DNA of 63,779 nt, the filler included, from Octopus bimaculoides (taxonomy: Eukaryota), in the NCBI RefSeq assembly GCF_001194135.2. It is 8 parts of 7 records of this genome, joined end to end, with 100 filler letters (N's around TTAATTAATTAA, not from the genome) between each part and the next. Parts side by side here need not be neighbours in the genome. Positions count along the whole stretch, not along the records: positions 1 to 4,793 come from NC_068985.1; positions 4,894 to 12,284 come from NC_068985.1; positions 12,385 to 18,901 come from NC_068983.1; 5 more parts are not named here. The stretch is one strand, 5' to 3'. The notes beneath the pieces are model-generated. The model ran no database searches. It was not told the DNA's origin and was given only the letters and a program-made list of their open reading frames with translations. This document shows, piece after piece, positions 1 through 12,567 of this stretch; within the stretch, counting starts at the first letter, position 1; each line of letters begins with the position of its first letter. The translations under genes and the position numbers were made by a program.

Positions 1-290
1 ATATATATATATATATATATACATACATATATGTATATATATGTATATATATATATGCAGACGTGTGTATGTTTGTGTGTGTGTGTGTGTGTGTGCGTGA
101 ATAAAGTTAAAGCGACACTCACAGACGCGCCAGTGTGCGCTTGTGTATGTATCGATGTATATATGTGTGTATATATGTATGCATGTACGTACGTATGTAT
201 GTATGCATGTATGTGTGTATGTGTGCATTTACGTATGTACGTACGTAGATATGTATGTATGTGTGCACGTATGTATTTTTTTGCGTTACT
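1..290. repeat. Compound (TA)n/(TG)n/(TATG)n microsatellite, representative of dozens across the window
   Basis: Directly visible di- and tetranucleotide runs; most N-gaps in the window are flanked by such runs. Confidence 0.95.
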
Positions 291-1252
291 CCAATATTAT
301 GAAGAGAAACATTAAGAGAAGTAGGTTTGAAGTTTGAGTCAGAGAGGAAACGTGGAGTTGAATGAGGGAGAGAGTATATAGGTGAGTGGTTCAATCGGTG
401 AATGAACAAGAGAGGTGAGAACACAGATAGCAGGGAGTGTGGAGATGGCGACAGTAAGGGAGGGGTTGCAGAGCAGCTCTGCCATTCGGTTAATGGAATT
501 GCTTTTGAAAAGAAGCGGAAACCATCTGTTGACTGTGACTGGCTGTGAATTGTATGCGTTTTATTACTGTAGATGGAGCACAAAAGATCAAAGATAGTGT
601 AGAAAGCATTTGACACTGTGAAACAGGACTTGCAAGAGAGGAGGGTAATACGGTGGTATTGGTTGGCAGAGGGGACGGCGGCGGCGGCGTCAGTCCTGTT
701 GGTGATGGCGGTGCTTCTGGAATTTGTGGGAGAAAATATTGAAATGGATAGAAAATATTCAGATATATAGCATAGAATATATTGAGAGAGACGGAGACAC
801 TGGCNNNNNNNNNNNNNNNNNNNNNNNNNNNNNNNNNNNNNNNNNNNNNNNNNNNNNNNNNNNNNNNNNNNNNNNNNNNNNNNNNNNNNNNNNNNNNNNN
901 NNNNAGACAGACAGACAGATTGATAGATAGTTACATGCATACATGCAACCATATAACATACGTACAAACATATAACGTATATACATACATACATACATTG
1001 ATACGCTGATTTTTCGGTCTTGGATTATATGCATTGTTGATTCTTCATTTCGTCCCCAATATTGCAGACGTGCAGGCGTATATACAGCCTGGCTCTTAGA
1101 TAGCTTTACCATTATGCATGCAATTTAATAAATAATGGTACATTCCTTTAAATACAATCCTGCATACAAGGTAGATATTATATTTGAGACCCCCCCTCTC
1201 TCTCTCTCACTCTCTCTCTCTATCTATCTCTCTATCTCTCTCACTCTCTCTG

Positions 1253-1289
<37 letters not shown>

Positions 1290-1294
1290 GAATG

Positions 1295-1330
<36 letters not shown>

Positions 1331-1700
1331 NNNNNNNNNNNNNNNNNNNNNNNNNNNNNNNNNNNNNNNNNNNNNNNNNNNNNNNNNNNNNNNNNNNNNN
1401 NNNNNNNNNNNNNNNNNNNNNNNNNNNNNNNNNNNNNNNNNNNNNNNNNNNNNNNNNNNNNNNNNNNNNNNNNNNNNNNNNNNNNNNNNNNNNNNNNNNN
1501 NNNNNNNNNNNNNNNNNNNNNNNNNNNNNNNNNNNNNNNNNNNNNNNNNNNNNNNNNNNNNNNNNNNNNNNNNNNNNNNNNNNNNNNNATATATAAAACA
1601 CAGTTATATGTATGTATGTAGGTGGGAGGTATAATTTTATTTTTAGGACTGGTGCGCAATAAATGAAATTGTTATTATTATCATTGTTATTATTATTATT

Positions 1701-2226
1701 GAGTGAGAGAGCAGCGCATGCCATCAAAGTGATACTGGGACACAGATATACGAAACTCAATGTACACGTTGTGACTACCCATCTAATAAGGTTACACAAA
1801 GTACACGTGTCACAACCATTTGTGCGCAACTTCGTTATTTCATATCAATATACATTGAGCATGACGTTGCAGGTGGTGTCTAGTTGGAATTTTCTTCAGA
1901 TCAAGTAGCACATCCCGCTCAAAAGGTCCCTAAATAAGTGTTGTTTAAGGATGATGAACGAAACACACGTTTCCAGATGTGAATTATTCAAACCCCAAAG
2001 AAATTCACTTTACACATGGCTATGATGCTTCACCACTACTCCGGCTCATGGTCTGAGATTGACATATCGTCAGCCACTAAGATGCATGCTTTGCAAATTA
2101 AGATCAAGCAACTGACAAGCAAACCTGTGGAATTGATATTTGTTGTAGCACGTCTTTTACAATAAGACAAAGTATGTGCATGATAATATTTCCATTCAGC
2201 TAAAATCAGAAGCCATGAGAGCCACT
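1701..2226. mobile_element. ~550-bp non-coding interspersed repeat (family E), copy 1, next to an (ATT)n tract
   Basis: Colinear with 51958-52508 and 61369-61574 (gagtgagagagcagcgcatgccatcaaagtga...agccatgagagcca). Confidence 0.85.
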
Positions 2227-2399
2227 ACATTGTACTTGTTATGCCTCAAATGCTACTGCTATCTATCACCTTCGGATCTCAANNNNNNNNNNGCTACTGC
2301 TATCTATCACCTTCGGATCTCTACTCAACCGCTACACAACTGCTACTCGACTGCAGCTCAACACTCCTACCACGGCCAGACTACCTCTATTTATATGTC

Positions 2400-3840
2400 T
2401 TGGGAAATCCTAATTCTTCGCCTGGGGGCGTCTACACAACAGTACTGCATCTAAGACTCGTTGGCGCTGGAAAAATTGCTGGCCTTATGCAAATTTTTCC
2501 CTTCTGGTCGTTAATGCTCCCGATGCCCCTACAACTACTGGGATGATAATAATTTCCTTCATTACCCACATTTGTGCATTCACATATTTTTCTACCTTGT
2601 ACTTACCAATCTTTTCTAGTTCCTCATAAATCACTCGTACATCCCAAAATATGGCACATCCATGATCTTGGTTTTCCTTCATCATTTTATCAGCTACAAC
2701 AATGTCTGATTTCGAAGCATCAAGCACTGGATTACATTGGATTGTAAAATATCACAAGATCGTATATATATATATTTTTTTTGGTGACATATTCTAATTT
2801 ATGCTCGTACCATTTCAATGTACTTTCAAGACCGTACTTCTCATACAATCTCCAATGAATATACTGAGCAACGTTATGCTGCCTTCTTTTGTATTCCTTT
2901 TGAGCTACATTTCCACACACAAAATATATTAGATTGTTTCATTTGTGATACCACACGTCATACAAAAAGGCGATTCATTACCCTTACCTATTTGGAACTT
3001 GGTGTAATTATTTATCAAAATTTGTTCCTGAGCGCTGCGTATCAATGCCTCAGTGCATCATTTCAGATCACTTTTCCTAAGCCACCTGCAAGAGTTGATC
3101 TTTTTCTCTTCCATTTCTCTAAGGTATAGCCCATGCATCACTTTCATATTCCAATTGTTCAACCTTGCTTTCCATTTTGTTTTAGAATTGCTTTTAGGTA
3201 TGTCATATCTTTACTTGGTTTTATGTTACTATTTCTAACAGCAACAACCAAAGATTTAATCTGCTCTTTCACGTATCATACCAGACCCTTTACCCCATTG
3301 ACGTCATAGACCTTACATCATATGAGACCTCATCCTCCCTAGTTTCTATCTATAAATAATCTATCGACGTCGCTTTTAGATTGCAGTTGTTTGTTTATTC
3401 TACTGTTTTATATTTACATTGCCTTTCGTTTCTTGGTTTTCCCACCAATTTCTTCATTGTCTTTAGTCAACTAACAACACTTGCGTCCTATCGCATTAAA
3501 TGGCAGCCCAAGTATTCATTACTCTGATTTTGATTTTTTTGTTTTTCCATTGTGTCTACACTTATTAACTTATTAACTTAATTTTCTTGAGTTATTCTCA
3601 CCTAAAGTTTTCCTTCATGTGACTTTCTTCGTAATACTCCAAAATACCCAGATATTTGTTACCTATCTATCTCGATATCCTTAAATCTTTTGCCGTTGGA
3701 CAGTTATACACCATTAGATGACATTACTTACTCTTTCTTTTTATGATAAGTACACCAGACGTATTAATTCCAAATTCTTTGCTGATATCCTTACTGGGTC
3801 ATCCATGTACATGTGAGAACTTTTCTCCACTTTTCAGGAT
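2400..3840 (-). mobile_element. Decayed R4/Dong-clade non-LTR retrotransposon (RT, zinc knuckle, restriction-like endonuclease)
   Basis: Minus-strand translation: YMDD at 3798-3809, SKDISKEFGI, AQKEYKRRQHNVAQYIHWRLYEKYG, and RLE-like DASKSDIVV...IIPVVVGASG; many stops and frameshifts. Confidence 0.85.
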
Positions 3841-3844
3841 GTAC

Positions 3845-4345
3845 CATTTCGGACCCGTTTTCAGAGGAAGGTTTGCTGCAATGCACCGCGGCACCTGCTC
3901 CGAACCGTTTCGCATCACATCTGAGGTGAATTATTCAAACCCCCACCTATCCAAACCGTTTCGCATCACATGCTCGGTCTGTCAATGCTTCTCGTTTTCA
4001 TCTCTTCTGTATGTAATTGCCCTGAGGTCACTGCTGCGGAAGTTGGAACAGTTAAGGGGGTATCCCTTTCGAACTGGGACGCGTGAGCGAAGTGTCATCG
4101 TACGCAGACGACGTCACCGTCATGGTGTCGGAGGCCACCGGACGCCAAAATCAACGCCGACAAGTCAGTGGGTTTGCGGTTGGGAACCTAAAGAGACAGG
4201 CCAATACCGGCGGACGGCGTCGTTGAATGATGAACCGATGGACCATTTAAACTGCTCAGGTCGTGTTCGGTCCTGGCCTCCACGTGGATAAGAACTGGGA
4301 AGAGGTAACTAGCACAATGGCTAATTTTACTCAGAAATATCGAAA
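3845..4345 (+). mobile_element. Tx1/L1-clade LINE reverse transcriptase fragment
   Basis: HLSKPFRITCSVCQCFSFSSLLYVIALRSLLRKLE (degenerate RQGCPLSPLL motif), then in shifted frames YADDVTVMVS, KINADKSVGLRLG and GPGLHVDKNWEEV. Confidence 0.8.
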
Positions 4346-4520
4346 GGCGGCGATCTGGCAGAAACGTTAGCACGTTGGGCGAAATGCTTAACAGTATTTC
4401 GTCTGCCTTTACGTTCTGAGTTCAAATTCTGCCGAGGTCGCCTTTGCCTTTCAACCTTTCGGGGTCGATATATTAAGTACCAGTTACGCACTGGGGTCGA
4501 TCTAATCGACTTAATCCCTT
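4346..4520 (+). mobile_element. tRNA-derived SINE, family B
   Basis: ggcggcgatctggcagaaacgttagcacg...gagttcaaattctgccgaggtcg...ggggtcgat; more than 12 homologous copies in the window. Confidence 0.85.
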
Positions 4521-4793
4521 TATCTGTCCTTGTTTGTCCCCTCTATGTTTAGCCCCTTGTCGCAATAAAGAAACAAGAAATATCGAAATTACCCATAAAT
4601 TATGTATGTGTGTGTGTGTGTGCGTGTATGTGTGTACGGGTGTGCATAAGGCGTATACACAATGTTATTGGTTCACTGCGAGGCAGGAAAAACCATTCCA
4701 TAAATGTGAATATCGAAATCTTACATTTTTTCAAAAAACTTTTGTTGACATCTATCTCCACAACAGATCGAAATTTTCTATATGCTGTACACT

Positions 4794-4893
4794 NNNNNNN
4801 NNNNNNNNNNNNNNNNNNNNNNNNNNNNNNNNNNNNNTTAATTAATTAANNNNNNNNNNNNNNNNNNNNNNNNNNNNNNNNNNNNNNNNNNNN
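4794..4893. other. Assembly spacer 44N-TTAATTAATTAA-44N (artefact)
   Basis: The same 12-mer sits inside N-runs at 4838, 12329, 18946, 23832, 52687, 58952 and 61070; it encodes stops in all six frames. Confidence 0.9.
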
Positions 4894-5130
4894 TACTAGA
4901 ATGAATCTAGATTTCGTTCATCAGCACAATACTGTCCCAAAAATATATATAAATAAACAGAATTCTCACCTCACCAAAACCGAACAACTACGTATCCGAC
5001 AGAGTAAAGGGAATGAAGTTTATCTGTATATATCTTCATCAAAGAAGCGGGAAATACTTCCGGGTTGTTTTTGGGTACCCATGTGGAGACAGGAATAAAA
5101 AATTCAACATTGAATATATGTATATATACA

Positions 5131-5289
5131 CGACGGGCTTCTTTCAATTTCCGTCTACCAAATCCACTCACATGGCATTGGTCGGCTCGATGCTATAGTA
5201 GCAGATACTTGCCGAAGATGCCACGCAGTGCGACTGAACCCGGAACCATGTGGTTGGGAAACAAGCTTCTTACCACAACAGCCACGCCT
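5131..5289 (-). mobile_element. tRNA-headed SINE, family D (CORE-like central motif)
   Basis: Minus strand reads aggcgtggctgttgtggtaagaagcttg...ggttcagtc...gcatcttcggcaagtatc...ggaaattgaaagaagcccgtcg; other copies at 12404, 37898 and 40618. Confidence 0.8.
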
Positions 5290-5298
5290 ATATTTTGT

Positions 5299-5356
<58 letters not shown>

Positions 5357-6496
5357 GACTTGCTAGTTATATATATATATACATATATATATAAGCAAAA
5401 TATCTGGTGGATGCCTAAAATTCGCCATGTACTTTTGACTTCTCTTTGTTTTTTATATATCGTAGCACAAAAGCGTAAAGACAGTCAAGAATCACTTCTC
5501 AATGGTGCCAATAACTTGGAGTCATACGTGGGTTTAAAGACAGTCATATCATTACACTATATGACTAACGAAGCGACTCCCTGAGCTTATAGCATGGTCT
5601 GAGTTGACAAAAAAGTGAAAAAATGATTAATGAAATCACAGTGTTTTAGGAAGAAACATGGAGATGACACATCAAAAACGAAAGAGTTTGTATGAGGCAC
5701 AAGGATGGTCATGTACGGTGCTTCTAGCAGAAGTATGATCTCGTGGGTTTAAAACTACACCCGTTAATGCCTTGCTTGGCTGAACAGGGATTTAGGAAAT
5801 ACAGCAGAGCAGAGATTTTGCAAAGCAGAAATTGTTTTTCCATGAACCAAACCTAAGAGCATGGAACAAAACATCATCGCATAGCAAAACAAAAGCAGTT
5901 GTTTGGTTTTTATTTGGTTTTAGCTGCAGCTTGTTTGCTGCGGTGGTTGCATGATGTCGGCGGTAAAAAAAAAAATGCAAGCTGTAATGTGGATCAAAAG
6001 AACCCGGATATTCTATGGTAGCATCAACGCAGCACTGCATCACTGCATCGCTGGATATCGTTGAAAGGTGAAGAGGGAAACCTTTGATCTCCAGTCAATA
6101 GCTGATGAAGTGAGTGTCCCGCTGTGTAATCCGTATAAGATGCAATATATGTGTATGCATGTATAGACAAATACATGCATAGACAAATACATATATGTTA
6201 ACGTGTGTGTATTGATGTGCATGCATATGTGTAAAAAATATTCTTACGTATACACACATACACTCACAGACCCACACCCTACATACATACATACACACAT
6301 ACATATATACATGCATACATACATGCATACAAAGTAATAATAGAAATCTATACCTCGCAAACGTTGCGAAGCATTTCTATTTAAAGCATCTTAACGCAGA
6401 GGTCGATAAACATGTAATGAATCCATGTATATCAATTATATTATATTATATCATATCATATCATATCATATATATATATATATTTACATACATGCG

Positions 6497-6527
<31 letters not shown>

Positions 6528-6735
6528 NNNNNNNNNNNNNNNNNNNNNNNNNNNNNNNNNNNNNNNNNNNNNNNNNNNNNNNNNNNNNNNNNNNNNNNNN
6601 NNNNNNNNNNNNNNNNNNNNNNNNNNNNNNNNNNNNNNNNNNNNNNNNNNNNNNNNNNNNNNNNNNNNNNNNNNNNNNNNNNNNNNNNNNNNNNNNNNNN
6701 NNNNNNNNNNNNNNNNNNNNNNNNNNNNNNNNNNN

Positions 6736-6774
<39 letters not shown>

Positions 6775-7284
6775 TGCATACGTGCATAATATACACATAT
6801 AAGCTTATAAATATTTATGTAACTGTGTGTGTAAATACCTACATACCGAAATGCGTACATACATACATACATTAATGCATTAATACCTACATATAAATGT
6901 CAAACTTTATATTGGCAGGATTGGTTTGGTTTTGTATTTATAATTCCAAACGTGTAATTTTAAACTAGTGAATACGAAATACGAAATTGAGAAAATCTAA
7001 ATATATTCTCCCAGTTGGCCATAAATGTCGAAGTTGCATTTAGCGTAACAACTTTGGTAAAACATATTCTTGGCTTCGGTATTTGGCCCCATTCTGAGCC
7101 ATGAGACATGAGAACATTTTGAATAGAGCAATGGAATAAGAATGGAAAAAGATAAGCGATAAAAATATGGAACTACGTTTGTTATATTGCCAAAATTCTG
7201 AAGATATTAAGTGTGATAAATTCTGATAATTGTTTTAAATGTTGGCATATTGTCAGTAATTGTATGGGGAGGCATTATTTGATT

Positions 7285-7660
7285 ACAACAACCTTAGTAC
7301 TTCACTGGTACTTTATTTTATCGACCCCAAAAGAGGGAATGGCAATGTTGACCGCAGCGGCATTTGAACTCAGAATGTAAAGAGCCGGAAGGATTGCCAC
7401 TAAGTATTTTGCCCGATGCGCAAACGATTCTGTCAGCTCGAAACCTTTAGACATATTCTAATAATCATTTTTACTATAGGCACAAGGCCTGAAATTTTGT
7501 GGGGAGGGGTCTAGTACATTACATTGATCCCAACACTCACCTGATACCTATTTTATCGACCCCAAAAGAATGAAAGGCAAAGTCAACCTTGGCGGAATTT
7601 GAACTCAGATCCCGCTAAGCATTTTGTCCGACGCACTAACGCCTCTGCCTACTCGAAGGC
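7285..7660 (-). mobile_element. Two adjacent family B SINE copies
   Basis: Both carry ttttatcgacccc...ggcggaatttgaactcag (reverse complement of 4346-4520). Confidence 0.75.
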
Positions 7661-7734
7661 TTCAGATATATTTGAATAATAGCAAATATGTATGATGTCT
7701 ATATGATTGTTTATCCCCAGTTTAGTTCGGATCG

Positions 7735-8118
7735 GTGGAGCGCAATGATCCAGTGGTTAGGACAGCGGACTCAAGGTCGTAGGATCGCGGTTTCGATTCC
7801 CAGACCGGGCGTTGTGAGTGTTTATTGAGCGAAAACACCTAAAATTCCACGAGGCTCCGGCAGGGGATGGTGACGAACCCTGCTGTACTCTCTCACCACA
7901 ACTTTCTCTCACTCTTACTTCCTGTTTCTGTTGTGCCTGTAATTCAAAGGGGCCAGCGCTGTCACACTCTGTGTCACGCTGAATCTCCCCGAGAACTACG
8001 TTAAGGGTACACGTGTCTGTGGAGTGCTCAGCCATTTGCACGTTAATTTCACGAGCAGGCTGTTCCGTTGATCGGATCAACTGGAACCCTCGTCGTCGTA
8101 ACCGACGGAGTGCCAACC
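7735..8118 (+). mobile_element. Full-length SINE, family A (~380 bp), with 11-bp TSD
   Basis: tRNA-like head (cagtggttagg...ggtttcgattccc), 3' end gagtgccaac, TSD agttcggatcg at 7724-7734 and 8119-8129. Confidence 0.9.
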
Positions 8119-8460
8119 AGTTCGGATCGAGCAAACTTTATAAAGAAGTTCCAGTCGTGTAATTCCCATCATTGTCTTTTTGAGACAGCTTTTCGTTGAC
8201 ATCATACAATTTTAAAAATTCATTTTGAACTGGTAGATTGCGATTTGATGGCAGTTTTGGCTGTCATTTCTTACAGGTCGAGCAACTATGTAGGACAACG
8301 GTGAGGAGCCTCTTTTTTGTAACCGAGTCGAATTGTAAGCGCTCAATACTACGTGCGTGTACATCTGTACTAAGAAAAAACGATGATGCTTTAATTTTAG
8401 AAATTCATAACTATACATTCCATCATGTAATGCCAAAGTAATTAAAAGACTATAAAGCTT

Positions 8461-8538
8461 TAATTAATCAGGTAGATATAATGCTGTAATTAATCAGGTA
8501 GATATAATGCTGTAATTAATCAGGTAGATATAATGCTG
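8461..8538. repeat. Perfect 26-bp tandem repeat x3
   Basis: taattaatcaggtagatataatgctg at 8461, 8487 and 8513. Confidence 0.95.
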
Positions 8539-11500
8539 GAACATTGAAAACGCAACTGATCATAATACATCAAATTAAATGAAACCCTTTGGTTCTGCTT
8601 TTCATTGGAAAGATCTGTAGGACTGTCGATGTAACAAGTCCTAATTGGTTTATATGATTATCTGTATATTATTAGGCGATGAATTGGCAGAATTCTTAGA
8701 ACACTAGACACAATGCTTCACAGTCATCTGCTCTGACTCTCTGCACTCTGAGTTCAAATCACGCCGAGATCAACTTTACTTTTCATCTCTTTCGGGATCG
8801 ATAAAAATGTACCAAGTTAAAATGGTATATTGGTAGAACTGTAAGAAGTTCAGACCAGATGCTTTACGATATTCGTTCAAGCTCTTTGTGTTCTGAGTTC
8901 AAGTCCAGCCACGGCCTACTTGGGCAGTAGCGATAACTTGTCACCTGGTTTAAATACCGCAACTTGGTACATTAGGTACAGTTAGCAGAATTCATTCTGT
9001 TGCAAACCTCTGGGCTAGGTTTCCGTTTTGAGGACACTTTCCTTCTCCACTCGACCAGTTTTAGAGGTCCCGTAAAGGGTCATAGCCACTGTCCTCTTAA
9101 CTAATAGGTATATGAAACATGTTCCCAATGTGAAAATGATTCTTGACTAAATTTAATGCCGAGGTAAAAAAAAAAAAAAATCGCATCGCTATTAGGAAAT
9201 GGTGATGCAATTTTGGTGCATGATTCCTCAAAAGGGGATGCTTTTCTGTATTTAGACAAGATTTATAACATTTCAGAATACACAAACTGTTTAAGTTTGG
9301 ATATGAAAGTATTCTCCAATCATATTTCAACATACATTTGTAGATGCAGTACTTGGACATATCGTCAGTATTTAACTTGAACTAAGTTGATCAAGCTTAA
9401 GCTTTGTCTAAACGGCATTCTGCTAATCCCAAAAGCAAGCTCTTTTCCAGCGAGAGTCATCCTAATACATTCTCAGCAACCTCTATGTTGTTTTTGATAG
9501 CTTTTCTGTTCATTCATGTATTATTAAACATTTCATAGGCCTTACTCAGGGCTCGATCTCCCAAACTTCGACTATCAACCTCCATTAGTAAACATATCAT
9601 TCCCCAAACATTCTTGTGCCAGACCTCTACCCACTTCTGATACCTAGTTCTCTTCATTTCATGTACCTCCTCCATCCTTTCCGCTCAGGGCACAGTTAAC
9701 TCCGGTGGGGTTAGCTGCTTTGTTGTCTCGATTCTTGATCTTTTATGTGGCCAGTGATATTGATAAAAAATACCAACTCATATATTCACCGTCTTTTTCT
9801 TGTTTCAGTCTTGGGATAACAGCCATGCTGGAACACTATATTGAAAGGTATTTTTAGTTAATCAAATCGATGACAGTATTTATTTTAAGCCTGTACTTAT
9901 TCTATTGATCACCTTTCTACCGAACTGCAAAATTATGAAGATGTAAACAGGCAGTCGTTAAGCGGTGAGAGATGACAAACACACATACACACGTACATAT
10001 ATACATATATGTATATGTATGTGCCAATGTACATATGTATCTAAGTTTGTATGGTGGGCTTCCATACAGTTCACTCACAAGACCTTAGTCGGACCGGGAC
10101 TATAAAAAGATACTTGCCCAAGGTGTTGCATAGTGGGACTGAACCTGAAACTTCTTAATTATATAGCCATGTCTGCGCCTATAATATATTATTTTTTACC
10201 TTTTCTCATTCAATAATGAGGTTGTCTTTAATAGTCATGAAGACGTTCACTTCACCTTTCAGGTCATTGAAGTTCTTGAGCGTGCGACCTTTGCTTAGCC
10301 AACGAACCACACAATGTTACTATATACCACGATATTTTGCTTTAAGGTCCTTCACAAGTCATTCAAATTCTCAGTTGTCGAGACATTGTTTGTATTCAAT
10401 TAAAACATGTTAGAAATTTATCCAGATAAAAATGTATTCATAAATTTTGTTAGCAAATAAGACAGTAGTGTGGTGATAATTCGAAGCCCTAACCGCTAGA
10501 TAATCGGTCAAACACCATGAATGAACCTCCACAGTTTCACGTGGTGGGTCTATTAAGTCAGCGTGAAACTGTGGCGTGATGCGGTTTTCTAGAATGTTCT
10601 TTCTTGTACCTTGTAAAAGATCGTTTTACCGCTCGATTAATCGTAGAATGTTGAAGGCGGCTAAATGATATGTGCCTCCGTTCTTGCCAGCAGATGGCCA
10701 AGAGCAGACAGCAAATGACTTCTCTCATCATGAAGATTTGCGCAGTTGGCTTCGTATGCTTTTGGGTCGACTGCATGTTGTCACGTAGATAGCTTTCTGT
10801 AATTTCCGAGCAGTTTGTTTCTCTCTCTCAGTCATCAAGCATTTACGTGGTTCATTGTAAATAGCTAACATCAAATGTCTTTATGTCCGGTAATGAATAT
10901 TTTAGTTAAATGTTCGTGAGTGTGCTTCAGTTATTATTCTTTCAGCCAACGAAATATATCTTTATTTACCAGTTCCACATTGCACCAACCAACACCACCA
11001 TTTCGTCTGTGGCATTATTTAGATAAGAAAATTCTGTTGGCAGTCTTCCAATTCTTTTTGGATCAAAGCAACAAATGCTTTTTAAAACCGTATCATTGAT
11101 GCTACCACGAACATAACTAAACATTTAGTTTTATCATTGGCTAAATCGAAATGAAAAGGCTAGCTTGTCTAAAAGTAGACCATATTTTTGTATTTCTTAT
11201 TGTTTATACTTTGTCAATTAATTGCAATCAAGATCGTATTTTTATGAACAGCAACCAAATTTCTATTAATAAAACACAAATTTTCTTCTTTAAAAATTAT
11301 CTGCTATTATATATATATTTGCAATTTTTTCTGCAGCATTTATGAAGTCTATTAGCACCAGCTACTACAGAAGAGGTTAATTTTAGGCATTTTACCATAC
11401 AGATTTTAAAAAAATCTAATAAAATTAATCTAACGTATGTATGTATATATACATGGCCGTGTAATTCAACGGTTCGTTTCGTCTTCAAGTGCTTCGATTC

Positions 11501-11912
11501 CCAACAGGGTACAACGGGCACGTTTTTCTTCAATAATTTCTCATCGACCCAAGCTTTTGAATAAAACTGCATAAACGGAAACTGTCCGGAAGCTAGGCAG
11601 TGTACTGTGTCCGTCGATAGAAGTAATAGATTTAGTTCGTTTCCTAGTTCAGCTCCTGCGTCTGTGATCAGGCCATTAGACGGCTTTAGCAGAGTTCAGC
11701 TTTTACAAGTATTTGGATCAGTTCTCCGGTTTAAGTATCTTGATACGATACACTGATTCTAACCTAGAAGTTGATGAAGTTTTTTCTCTCCCCGCCATCA
11801 TCACCAGTCCATTGTAGGCCCTGCTAACAAGTAACGTACGATGTCATCCTACTTTTAATATAACCATGCAAGAAAGATGATACTTATGTAGTTCTGGAAA
11901 TATTTATTATTA

Positions 11913-11995
11913 ACTAGCAGAAATACCCGGTGTTGCCCGGGTTAAAGAAAATAATGAAATCTAAAAACGCCGTCTAGACTACGCATCATCTTTAT
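11913..11995 (+). mobile_element. Short Helentron/HINE-like element terminus
   Basis: actagcagaaatacccggtgttgcccgggtt (ACTAG plus CCCGG..CCGGG palindrome); inverted homolog at 56845-56922. Confidence 0.55.
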
Positions 11996-12403
11996 ATATA
12001 GAGATGTATATACACACACGCACCCAAACACACGTATATATATGTATATCAATATAAATATATGAAAGTCAATGAAGTTTCGTAAAAGAAGGTGATCATG
12101 TACATACTTTCTTGCTGTTGTGATTATAACACCTCGTTGTAAACAATGTTCCTTGTTTTCCCTTGTGGAGCATATACAAATAGGTTTTTTTTGCTGCCCA
12201 CTCTTGAGCAGCCAGCATACAGTTGTCCATGTGAGAAGCAGGGCTCTTCCAAGAGAAGACCAGCTACAGACAGTGTTTGACCCTNNNNNNNNNNNNNNNN
12301 NNNNNNNNNNNNNNNNNNNNNNNNNNNNTTAATTAATTAANNNNNNNNNNNNNNNNNNNNNNNNNNNNNNNNNNNNNNNNNNNNATATATATATATATAT
12401 ACA

Positions 12404-12567
12404 CGACGGGTTTCTTTCAGTTTCCGTCTACCAAATCCACTCACAAGGCTTTGGTCGGCCTGAGGTTATAGTAGAAGACACTTGCCCAAGGTGCCACACA
12501 GTGGGACTGAACCCGGAACCATGTGGTTTGTAAGCAAGCTACTTACCACACAGCCACTCCTACGCCT
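12404..12567 (-). mobile_element. SINE family D
   Basis: Colinear with 5131-5289. Confidence 0.85.

Noticed and set aside
573-644. Candidate + strand exon with good acceptor and donor
   Set aside because: Stop codons in all three frames.
119-994. Long ORFs in the track (e.g. 119-994, 34323-35195, 48561-49544, 50780-51781, 57187-58161)
   Set aside because: They are built from N-runs and microsatellites (YIYI, CVCV, poly-D/P/T) and have no domain signal.
4838-4849. Recurring TTAATTAATTAA palindrome (7 occurrences) as a biological motif
   Set aside because: It is always embedded in N-runs (44 N each side where counted) and gives stops in all frames, so it is an assembly spacer.
9100-9760. Possible decayed transposase or RT on the minus strand
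   Set aside because: No motif I could identify with confidence; needs BLASTX.
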